From contig CALXML010000001.1 in NCBI GenBank assembly GCA_944389465.1, forward strand, positions 79,427-143,426: 64,000 nucleotides of DNA, written 5' to 3'. The first letter of the stretch is position 1, and each line of letters begins with the position of its first letter. The notes beneath the pieces were generated by a model. That model searched no databases, was not told the DNA's origin, and worked only from the letters and a program-made list of their open reading frames with translations. Positions 57,230-64,000 of this stretch are shown here, in pieces. The stretch comes from an uncultured Alphaproteobacteria bacterium. Lineage in GTDB: Bacteria; Pseudomonadota; Alphaproteobacteria; Rs-D84. A program made the position numbers and the translations under genes.

Positions 57230-58951
57230 ATGAAAAAATCAAATATTGCATTTTCTGGATTTATGGCGGCGATTTTAATTAGTGCCGGCGCGGCAAATGC
57301 TGCAACAACCCAGATTGCCAGCAAAACATATGTGGATAACAAGGAAACATCAATCCTGCAAACGGTTGGTGACACATATGAAACCAAGGCGAATGTCCAA
57401 ATAATTCAACAAAATGTGAACAAATTGGGCGATACTATTAATAATGAAGAATCCGGTCTGAAGGCACAAATAGAAGACGCGGCCGCCGCGGCGCAAACCG
57501 CACAACAGACGGCGGAATCGGCCCAGCAAACGGCCACCGGTGCACAAAGTGCGGCCACGGCATTGGGGGTAACTGTTGGTAACGCTGAATCTGGATTGGT
57601 CAAGGATGTTAATGATTTGGAGGCAACAGTTGGTGGGTTGCAAACAACGGTCAGTGGTTTGGATAAAGAACTGGATTCCAAATTAGACAGCGCAACCGCC
57701 GCAACAACATATGAAAAAGTGTCTAATAAATCACAGGATTTGGCAACCGATGCGGGCAGTACAGATAAATATCCATCGGCCAAGGCAGTTGTGGACTGGG
57801 TCAGCAATACTGTGACCGAGGGCATAGAAATTAATACTGATAAAATCCAAAATGGCGCAATCACGACTGAAAAAATTGGGGATGATGCGGTAACGGCGGA
57901 TAAAATTGCACCTGATGCGGTTGGAAATGAACAAATTGCTGATGGCGCGGTATCATCTGATAAATTGGATGAAACGTTGGCCGGACAAATTGCCGATATT
58001 TCTGGCAAGCAGGACATTGCAATGGGTGTCGGTCACGAAAATCATATCGTGACAACTGATGCGTCCGGTAATATTACATCCGCCGCGACAATCGGCCAGG
58101 ACAAGGTTACTGGATTGACCGATGCCTTGGCGGGCAAGGCCGATGCATCCGCGTTGGAAGAAATTGAACAAAATGTGGAACAGGTTCAAAATCAATATAC
58201 AACAATTAATGAAACAGTAACGAAATTGGGCGATACAATTACCAACGAAGAAAGTGGTTTAAGCACCCAGATTACAAATATTACACAACAAATTGGTAAT
58301 GCAGAATCCGGTTTGGTCAAGGATGTCGCCGACGCGGCGGCCGCGGCTGAAACTGCGCAACAAACGGCCACCGGCGCACAAAATGCGGTTGATGCATTGG
58401 AAACGGTTGTTGATGGCAAGGCAAACGCATCCACAACACTGGCGGGATATGGCATAACCGATGCGTATACCAAGACCGAAACAGATGGTCTGTTGGATGC
58501 CAAGGCCGATGAAAGTGCTTTGGCTGGGTATGCAACAACGGGTGCGTTGACGTCTGGATTGGCAGGCAAAGAAGATACATCTAATAAGACCAAAATAATC
58601 AATGATGGCAATAAATCGTCTGAAACACTGTTCCCGACAATTGGCGCAATCACCACGTGGACAGATCAACAGATTCAACAGTTATCGACCGAGGGTATTC
58701 CTGTTAATCCAGATAACATTGGTTCAAATGCAATTACAACCGATAAAATTGCCAATGGTGCTGTTACAACAGAAAAATTGGCGGACGATTCCGTGACAGA
58801 AGACAAGCTGAGCAATGATGTTGTTGCATCTATTGATGCAAAGTTACCGGCGCCGGATGCGGATTGTGTTGCGGATTCAAATCTGTGCGTATTGACAGTA
58901 ACGCCCAGTGGTGATTTGGCGTGGGTTGCGGTAACACAGCCGGCAGAATAA
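57230..58951 (+). CDS. Secreted fibre protein 2 (573 aa), paralogue
   Basis: Signal peptide ending ...ANAATTQIASKTYVD. Shares ESGL/NAESGLVKDV, KYPSAKAVVDWV, DKIQNGAITTEKIGDD and LAGYGITDAYTKTE with protein 1. The C-terminal CVADSNLCVLTVTPSGDLAWVAVTQPAE is shared with protein 3. RBS aggggg. Confidence 0.65.
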   Translation: MKKSNIAFSGFMAAILISAGAANAATTQIASKTYVDNKETSILQTVGDTYETKANVQIIQQNVNKLGDTINNEESGLKAQIEDAAAAAQTAQQTAESAQQTATGAQSAATALGVTVGNAESGLVKDVNDLEATVGGLQTTVSGLDKELDSKLDSATAATTYEKVSNKSQDLATDAGSTDKYPSAKAVVDWVSNTVTEGIEINTDKIQNGAITTEKIGDDAVTADKIAPDAVGNEQIADGAVSSDKLDETLAGQIADISGKQDIAMGVGHENHIVTTDASGNITSAATIGQDKVTGLTDALAGKADASALEEIEQNVEQVQNQYTTINETVTKLGDTITNEESGLSTQITNITQQIGNAESGLVKDVADAAAAAETAQQTATGAQNAVDALETVVDGKANASTTLAGYGITDAYTKTETDGLLDAKADESALAGYATTGALTSGLAGKEDTSNKTKIINDGNKSSETLFPTIGAITTWTDQQIQQLSTEGIPVNPDNIGSNAITTDKIANGAVTTEKLADDSVTEDKLSNDVVASIDAKLPAPDADCVADSNLCVLTVTPSGDLAWVAVTQPAE

Positions 58952-59003
58952 AAAACGGATTTTGAAACTGAAAATAAAACAAACTAAAAGAAAGGAAAGG
59001 AAA

Positions 59004-60404
59004 ATGAAAAAATTAACAGCAGGTATATTTGCAACATTGTTGGCAGTTGTATCCACAGGTGCCGCAAATGCAGAAATCGCATCCAAGGGATACGTTGACC
59101 AACAGGTTGACACTGTGGAGGCAACAGTCGCGAACAAGGCTGATTCCGCAACTGTTACTGCGTTGGACACGCGTGTTGAAACGGCCGAGGGCGAAATTGA
59201 CGCGTTACAAACAACAACTGGTCAACATACAACCCAGATTGGCACAATTAATACAACATTGGCGGGTAAAGTTGATGATGCAGATATCGCAGATATGCAG
59301 GTAAAAGCAAATTTAACAACATCCACAGGATGGAATACAGATAAAACATCTGAAACCAAATATCCATCCAATGCCGCGGTTGATGCAGCAATTACCGCCG
59401 CAACAACAGGTATTGCCACTGATACAGAAGTTTCTGCATTAGGGAAACGTGTTGAAACATTGGAAACAGCGTCCGCAACACACGCAACAAAAACTGAATT
59501 AACAGACGGGTTGGCAGCCAAGGCAAATACCGCTGATTTGGGTGATTTGGCAACATTGGATGCCGTTGGCAGTGCACAAATTACAGATGGCGCTGTTGCG
59601 ACCGCTGATATTGCAGATAAAGCAGTAACCGAAGCAAAATTGTCTGATACAGTTAATGCATCTTTGGACAAGGCTGATACCGCATTACAACAGACTGATT
59701 TGGCAGCATATCAAACCAAGGAAGCGGCCGATGAGGCATATGCTGTAAAATCAACTGAACAAACCGCAAGTACAGCCAGCACAAATGCACAAACAGCATT
59801 AACAAACATTGGTACTTTGACAAATTTAACAACAACTGCCAAGGCTAATACCGTTGTGGCAATCAATGAAGTAGCCAGTGAAGCAGCCGCCGCCGCCAGT
59901 GCCGCATCCACAGCAGATGGCAAGGCCGTTGCAGCACAGAGTGCAGCAGAAGCCGCACAGGCGGATGTTGATGCGTTGGAAACAACTGTTTCAGGACAGG
60001 GCACACGTTTGACAACGGCCGAGGGTGAAATTGATTCCATCCAGTCAGAAATGGAAAATATGGCAACATCTGAAACTGTTTCTGGTTTGCAATCAACAGT
60101 AACAAATCTGCAAAGCACAAAGCAGGATAAAACAGATAATACATTGACCACAACCAGCAAGACTGTTGTCGGTGCTATTAATGAAGTAAAGACACAGGCC
60201 GACAAGGGCGTTTCTGATGCGGCAACTGCAAAATCAGCAGCAGACGCAGCCCAAGATGCCGCCGATGCAGCGCAGAAAACTGCCAATGCAGCAATTCCAG
60301 CACCAACAGATGCTTGTGCGGATTCCACAAACAAGTGCGTGTTGGTATCGTCCGGTGCGGGTAACTATTCTTGGGAAGTTATTGCCCGTGGCGATGCCGA
60401 ATAA
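59004..60404 (+). CDS. Secreted fibre protein 3 (466 aa), paralogue
   Basis: MKKLTAGIFATLLAVVSTGAANAEIASKGYVDQQV. The C-terminal CADSTNKCVLVSSGAGNYSWEVIARGDAE is shared with protein 2. RBS aaaggaaaggaaa. Confidence 0.65.
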   Translation: MKKLTAGIFATLLAVVSTGAANAEIASKGYVDQQVDTVEATVANKADSATVTALDTRVETAEGEIDALQTTTGQHTTQIGTINTTLAGKVDDADIADMQVKANLTTSTGWNTDKTSETKYPSNAAVDAAITAATTGIATDTEVSALGKRVETLETASATHATKTELTDGLAAKANTADLGDLATLDAVGSAQITDGAVATADIADKAVTEAKLSDTVNASLDKADTALQQTDLAAYQTKEAADEAYAVKSTEQTASTASTNAQTALTNIGTLTNLTTTAKANTVVAINEVASEAAAAASAASTADGKAVAAQSAAEAAQADVDALETTVSGQGTRLTTAEGEIDSIQSEMENMATSETVSGLQSTVTNLQSTKQDKTDNTLTTTSKTVVGAINEVKTQADKGVSDAATAKSAADAAQDAADAAQKTANAAIPAPTDACADSTNKCVLVSSGAGNYSWEVIARGDAE

Positions 60405-60515
60405 TAACGGCGTAACAATATGTGTGCGGTGTTAAATGTGCACCGCACATATAAAAACAGGTAAATGCGGAACAAAGTGATACTGAAAAATAATATTTGT
60501 AGGTAGATAACAGCA

Positions 60516-62093
60516 ATGATGAAGTCAAAAGGTCTTTTCGCAGTTTCATTTATGGCCATAATGGCGGTCAGCGTGGCGAATGCAGAAATTGCATCGCAGG
60601 GATACGTTGACGAGCAGGTCGCAACCAAGCAGGATGCGGGTGATTACGCAACCAATACTGCATTGGGGACGGTACGCACAACTGCAACAAATGCAGCCAG
60701 TGCCGCAGCAACCGCGCAATCTGCTGCTGATGCCGCAAAAAAGGCCGCTGATGCCGCACAGGATACAGCGGATGATGCCGCCGCCGCCGCGGCCACGGCA
60801 CAATCAACCGCCGCAGGCAAATTGTCCAGCATTTCTGGGTCAACCGGTGGCACGGGGAATGTGGTGACCAGTGTTTCGGCATCGGGTTCAACTGTTTCCG
60901 CGACCAAGGGTATAACTGCAGAAGAAACCAAAAATAAAGTTACATCTGTTCGTGCCGCAGCCAGTGCAACTGATACGGCATATCCATCTGAAAAGGCGGT
61001 GGCCACCGCTTTGGCGGCCAAGGCCAATACGTCTGCACTGTCCGGATATGCAACAACAACTGCATTGGGTGCAGTAGAGGACAAGGCCGAAGCCGCGCAA
61101 TCTGCGGCCAGTGCGGCCCAGACGGCTGCCGATGATGCCGCTGATGCCGCCAGTGCAGCGCAAAGCACCGCCAATGCCAAGGTGTCAACCGCCCAAGGAA
61201 CTGGGGCGGCAAACAAGGCCGTGATTACAAATGCGTCTGGGAATATTACAACTGGTACGATTGCAACGGGAATGATTACGGATGGCGCGGTGACAACAGC
61301 CAAGATAGGTACAGGTGCGGTTGGAAATGGTAATTTGGCTAATAATGCCGTGACCAGTGCAAAAATAGCAGATGGCACAATTGTAAATGCTGATATTTCC
61401 GATGATGCCGCCATAGATGCCGCCAAAATTGATGGGTTGGCGACGGTTGCGACATCGGGTTCTTATAATGATTTGGCGAACAAGCCGACAATTCCGACGG
61501 TAAATAATGCAACGTTGACCATTCAGAAAAATGGCGCAACCGTTGACACGTTTACTGCCAATGCGTCTGCAAATAAAACGATTAATATTACTGTGCCGAC
61601 AACAACCAGCCAGTTGACCAATAACAGTGGGTTTATTACATCGGCTGATTTGCCGGATGAATATGTGCTGACGGCCGCGACGGCGTCTGCATTGGGTGGT
61701 GTGAAATCCGGTGGTGATATTACTGTTGGTACGGATGGTGTGGTAACGGTTAACAGCGCAACCAAGGCTGACAGTGCGACAACGGCAACAACAGCGACAA
61801 ACGCAACCAATGCAACGAATGCCACAAATGCAGACCATGCCGATACAGCGGACAGTGCAACCACTGCGGCATCCGCGACCAAGGCAACACAGGATGCGTC
61901 CGGCAATGTGATTACAACCACATATGCGACCAAGGCACAAATAACCGCTTTGAACAGCGCTTCTACGGGAACGGGTGCGGTTGTGACGGCCGTGTCGCAA
62001 ACAGGTGGTAAAGTATCTGTAACCAAGGGAAATGTTCAGATTCCTGTTGGTGGTGAAAATGCAACGTCGTATGCGACAATTTGGATAGAATAA
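60516..62093 (+). CDS. Secreted fibre protein 4 (525 aa), paralogue
   Basis: MMKSKGLFAVSFMAIMAVSVANAEIASQGYVDEQV. Ala/Thr-rich with ITDGAVTTAKIGTGAV..NAVTSAKIADG repeats. The downstream terminator ends the cluster. Confidence 0.65.
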   Translation: MMKSKGLFAVSFMAIMAVSVANAEIASQGYVDEQVATKQDAGDYATNTALGTVRTTATNAASAAATAQSAADAAKKAADAAQDTADDAAAAAATAQSTAAGKLSSISGSTGGTGNVVTSVSASGSTVSATKGITAEETKNKVTSVRAAASATDTAYPSEKAVATALAAKANTSALSGYATTTALGAVEDKAEAAQSAASAAQTAADDAADAASAAQSTANAKVSTAQGTGAANKAVITNASGNITTGTIATGMITDGAVTTAKIGTGAVGNGNLANNAVTSAKIADGTIVNADISDDAAIDAAKIDGLATVATSGSYNDLANKPTIPTVNNATLTIQKNGATVDTFTANASANKTINITVPTTTSQLTNNSGFITSADLPDEYVLTAATASALGGVKSGGDITVGTDGVVTVNSATKADSATTATTATNATNATNATNADHADTADSATTAASATKATQDASGNVITTTYATKAQITALNSASTGTGAVVTAVSQTGGKVSVTKGNVQIPVGGENATSYATIWIE

Positions 62094-62095
62094 AA

Positions 62096-62123
62096 AATCC
62101 CCGCCATCCGGCGGGATTTTTTA
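62096..62123 (+). terminator. Intrinsic terminator after the fibre gene cluster
   Basis: ccccgcc atcc ggcggg hairpin followed by tttttt. Confidence 0.8.
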
Positions 62124-62165
62124 TTAGAGAACAGAGAGCAGAGTAGAGAACAGAGTATAAATGTT

Positions 62166-62197
62166 GTCCGCGTCTGAATAGACGCGGTGTTTTTTAT
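62166..62197 (+). terminator. Second hairpin/T-run about 45 nt downstream, following a purine-rich repeat
   Basis: ccgcgtct gaata agacgcgg followed by tgtttttt. Confidence 0.5.
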
Positions 62198-62203
62198 TTA
62201 CTG

Positions 62204-62778
62204 GATTGCTTCGCTGTGCTCGCAATGACAAGAGGAGGGGATAATTATTTACTTAAACCAGAACATATCTTGTTCGGACAAATCAAGCCAATTTGGATTT
62301 ATTGATTCTATTAGTTTGATTTTTTGTGTGCGTGAACCAGATTTTAATTTCTTTTCACGCTCCAAGGCGTCATTTACGTATTTGAAATTTTCGTAATATG
62401 CTAACTTGTTGCAATTATACTTTGCGGTAAATGAATTTTTATATGTTTTGTTTTTGTGTTCGTATACACGGCGACGTATATCGTTCGTAACACCTGTATA
62501 TAATGTGCCGTTTTTACGGTTGAACATTATATAGACGTAAAATTCATAATTTTTCATATTGAAATTATACATTATAAATGTGATAAAAGTGAATGTTTTT
62601 GTCATCGCAATTTACTGGATTGCTTCGCTGCGCTCGCAATGACAAGAGGGGGGGCTGTATACTGGTGTCATCGCGAGGGAGTGCAACGACCGTGGCGATC
62701 CATGGACAATATGTCGCGCATATGCGCGGGTATTATTTACTGGATTGCTTCGCTGCGCTCGCAATGACAAGAGGGGGC
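62204..62778. repeat. Three copies of a 45 bp direct repeat (tttactggattgcttcgctgYgctcgcaatgacaagaggRgggg) flanking a small GIY-YIG gene
   Basis: Copies at 62204-62245, 62611-62655 and 62736-62778. The cgcgcatatgcgcg palindrome lies between copies 2 and 3. Confidence 0.8.
62249..62557 (-). CDS. Small GIY-YIG nuclease superfamily protein
   Basis: MKNYEFYVYIMFNRKNGTLYTGVTNDIRRRVYEHK carries the GIY...YIG...R..EH motif. About 102 aa. The longer ORF-track start is an N-terminal extension. Confidence 0.7.
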   Translation of the reverse strand: MKNYEFYVYIMFNRKNGTLYTGVTNDIRRRVYEHKNKTYKNSFTAKYNCNKLAYYENFKYVNDALEREKKLKSGSRTQKIKLIESINPNWLDLSEQDMFWFK

Positions 62779-62789
62779 CTATTTTAACC

Positions 62790-62818
62790 TTGATTTATTA
62801 TCAATGGTAATTTAGAAT
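62790..62818 (+). promoter_or_regulatory. Candidate sigma70-type promoter TTGATT-17-TAGAAT
   Basis: ttgatt at 62790-62795, a 17 nt spacer, and tagaat at 62813-62818. Confidence 0.45.
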
Positions 62819-62825
62819 TTTTATG

Positions 62826-63040
62826 TGGTTTGGCGGTGCCGAACTACATAGAACATCAGTGTTAGTAGACGGGTTTAGTCACCTGAATATAACGCAATAA
62901 CTAACCTTTGTGTTCCCGACATACTAGTTGTCGGGAAGTCGTTCGCTATACAACAGCCCATTGGGTAAAGGCGACGGATTCATCGTTATATTTGAATGAC
63001 TAACTTCCCGACACCTGAACACTGGTCAGGTGTTTTTTTT
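62826..63040 (+). ncRNA. Candidate structured small RNA or cis-regulatory leader of about 215 nt ending in an intrinsic terminator, upstream of the PAP2 gene
   Basis: No ORF. Perfect hairpin ttcccgaca/tgtcgggaa (62922-62946). The cccgaca segment recurs at 63005-63013, next to the terminator cacctgaacactggtcaggtg followed by tttttttt (63011-63040). Confidence 0.4.
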
Positions 63041-63055
63041 ATCAAGGGATTAGTA

Positions 63056-63616
63056 ATGTCACGATTTTTGTTTGTGGGAATGGTCTGTGTCGCTGTGTCG
63101 TGTGGGGCGGTGTCCGATGCGCGCGCTGGGGATGTTATTGCCAAAATGGGGGATTTTATTTCTTTTAAAATTTTGCCTGTGTATTCTTTTGGGGCAACTG
63201 TATATAATTCTGATTGGAACAAGTGGTATGATTATGATTGGAATGGATTAAAACAATTAATAGTAGTTAATTTGATAAAATCAACGGTTGTTGACGGCAT
63301 AAAGGAAAATGTTTTTGAAATGCGTCCCAATGGCAGTGGGGGCGACAGTTTCCCGTCCGGTCATACTGCGAATGCGTTTGCACAGGCGGCCTTTATTCAT
63401 CGGCGTTATGGTATAAAGCAGGCGATTGTGCCGTATGTGTTGGCAACCTTTGTTGGGTTTTCGCGGGTAGAGGCGCGTATGCATTATACACACGATGTGT
63501 TGGCGGGGGCCGCAATTGGTTTTTTATCTGCGTGGATTTTTGCTGATGAAAAAAAGCAAGTTGTTGTCAGCGCAGATACAGACAGTGTGGGGTTACGGTT
63601 TAATTTCGTTTTTTAA
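63056..63616 (+). CDS. PAP2-superfamily lipid phosphatase (secreted or periplasmic)
   Basis: Signal peptide MSRFLFVGMVCVAVSCGAVS. PAP2 motifs PSGHT and SRVEARMHYTHD. RBS aaggga. Confidence 0.7.
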   Translation: MSRFLFVGMVCVAVSCGAVSDARAGDVIAKMGDFISFKILPVYSFGATVYNSDWNKWYDYDWNGLKQLIVVNLIKSTVVDGIKENVFEMRPNGSGGDSFPSGHTANAFAQAAFIHRRYGIKQAIVPYVLATFVGFSRVEARMHYTHDVLAGAAIGFLSAWIFADEKKQVVVSADTDSVGLRFNFVF

Positions 63617-63623
63617 TATCGCA

Positions 63624-63992
63624 TTAAAACAGCGATATTAATCCGATGCCAAAAAATGCCGCAATAATTGCGCCAATGGTCAATGGCCAGAAATATTTTT
63701 TCACGATTGCGTTGGCGCGTTCTTGGAAAAAATACAGCAATGTTGCAATTATTGCAAAGCGGCCCGTGCGGAATATTGCAGAAACTGCGACAAATATCCA
63801 CAGTGGATAACCAATAAAGCCCAACCAGATTGCCAACAGTTTATATGGTATTGGGGTGACCGCGGTCAATACTATGATTAATATTCCATATTTGGAAAAC
63901 ATTGGCTTAATTGCCGTTTCAATTAATTCCGGATTTGTAAATGTATTTATTATCCATTGTCCCAACGAATCCCACAGCCATGCACCAATCAT
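63624..63992 (-). CDS. DedA/YqaA-like inner membrane protein; the 5' end may lie beyond the window edge
   Basis: 122 aa with 3-4 hydrophobic segments. The ORF is still open 8 nt from the window end. Confidence 0.4.
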   Translation of the reverse strand: MIGAWLWDSLGQWIINTFTNPELIETAIKPMFSKYGILIIVLTAVTPIPYKLLAIWLGFIGYPLWIFVAVSAIFRTGRFAIIATLLYFFQERANAIVKKYFWPLTIGAIIAAFFGIGLISLF

Positions 63993-64000
63993 ATATGCCA

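Noticed and set aside
60644-62026. Several long minus-strand ORFs (60644-61426, 61185-62000, 61523-62026) that are rich in Ala or Cys
   Set aside because: They are antisense to the fibre protein 4 gene. They arise from GCN/ACN codon periodicity on the opposite strand. They have no starts with an RBS.
62129-62160. Purine-rich (agagaacagag)x2 tract as a regulatory repeat
   Set aside because: It is too short and is not recurring elsewhere in the window. It is noted only as the edge of the GIY-YIG repeat region.
62826-63040. tmRNA, 6S RNA, SRP RNA or RNase P RNA identity for the candidate ncRNA
   Set aside because: No tRNA-like acceptor or T-arm, no tag reading frame ending in hydrophobic residues plus stop, and none of the conserved SRP or RNase P sequence blocks could be found by eye. 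It is left as an unclassified RNA or leader.
1-64000. Transposases, integrases or prophage structural gene blocks
   Set aside because: None of the ORFs shows DDE, tyrosine or serine recombinase motifs or terminase or capsid signatures. The phage-like fibre repeats occur in signal-peptide proteins, not in a prophage context.

Overview
This is a 64 kb window from a moderately AT-rich Gram-negative genome. The housekeeping content (tolB, pal, a beta-barrel OMP, AsmA, gatCAB, sufBC, dnaA and dnaN) looks alphaproteobacterial. A scattered VirB2-like pilin gene and the overall layout suggest a Rickettsiales- or Holosporales-type symbiont, but that is an inference. The backbone genes are miaB, gatB/A/C, tRNA-Phe, ruvX, sufC, sufB, rpsT, plsY, dprA, dnaA, parE, dnaJ, pgsA, uvrC, an rluC-like gene, cdaA, dnaN, ppa, efp, fba, tolB, plsC, ftsX, ftsE and pal. 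Most have clean intrinsic terminators. Between them sits a large accessory layer of secreted-protein genes. (1) A family of at least eight cysteine-rich secreted proteins of 95 to 625 aa. Six of them share a C-terminal tail of the form CY[IL]PxGxxGSDxTGx[FY]TxSxxCYY[TS][EN]. (2) A tandem array of four large paralogous signal-peptide fibre proteins at 54.7–62.1 kb, with repeats resembling phage tail fibres and coiled coils. A small paralogue and an adjacent glycine-rich protein lie at 15.4–16.8 kb. (3) An orphan lipoprotein secretin with a TcpQ/PilL-like partner at 12.6–15.2 kb, a type IV pilin-like gene and a VirB2/TrbC-like pilin gene. (4) Shared leader cassettes upstream of these genes: a GCCGAAA-TAAA box, then a GC hairpin, then a T-run. 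(5) Two surface-protein genes, an autotransporter and one cysteine-rich member, are each broken by a frameshift inside a poly-G tract that is exactly one G short of the open frame. A C8 tract also sits in the promoter region of a third. This is the signature of slipped-strand phase variation, though homopolymer sequencing error would look the same. The window also contains a tandem repeat array with covarying hairpin stems, a candidate roughly 215 nt sRNA or leader with its own promoter and terminator, and a small GIY-YIG nuclease gene flanked by three copies of a 45 bp repeat. No rRNA, CRISPR array or transposase was found.
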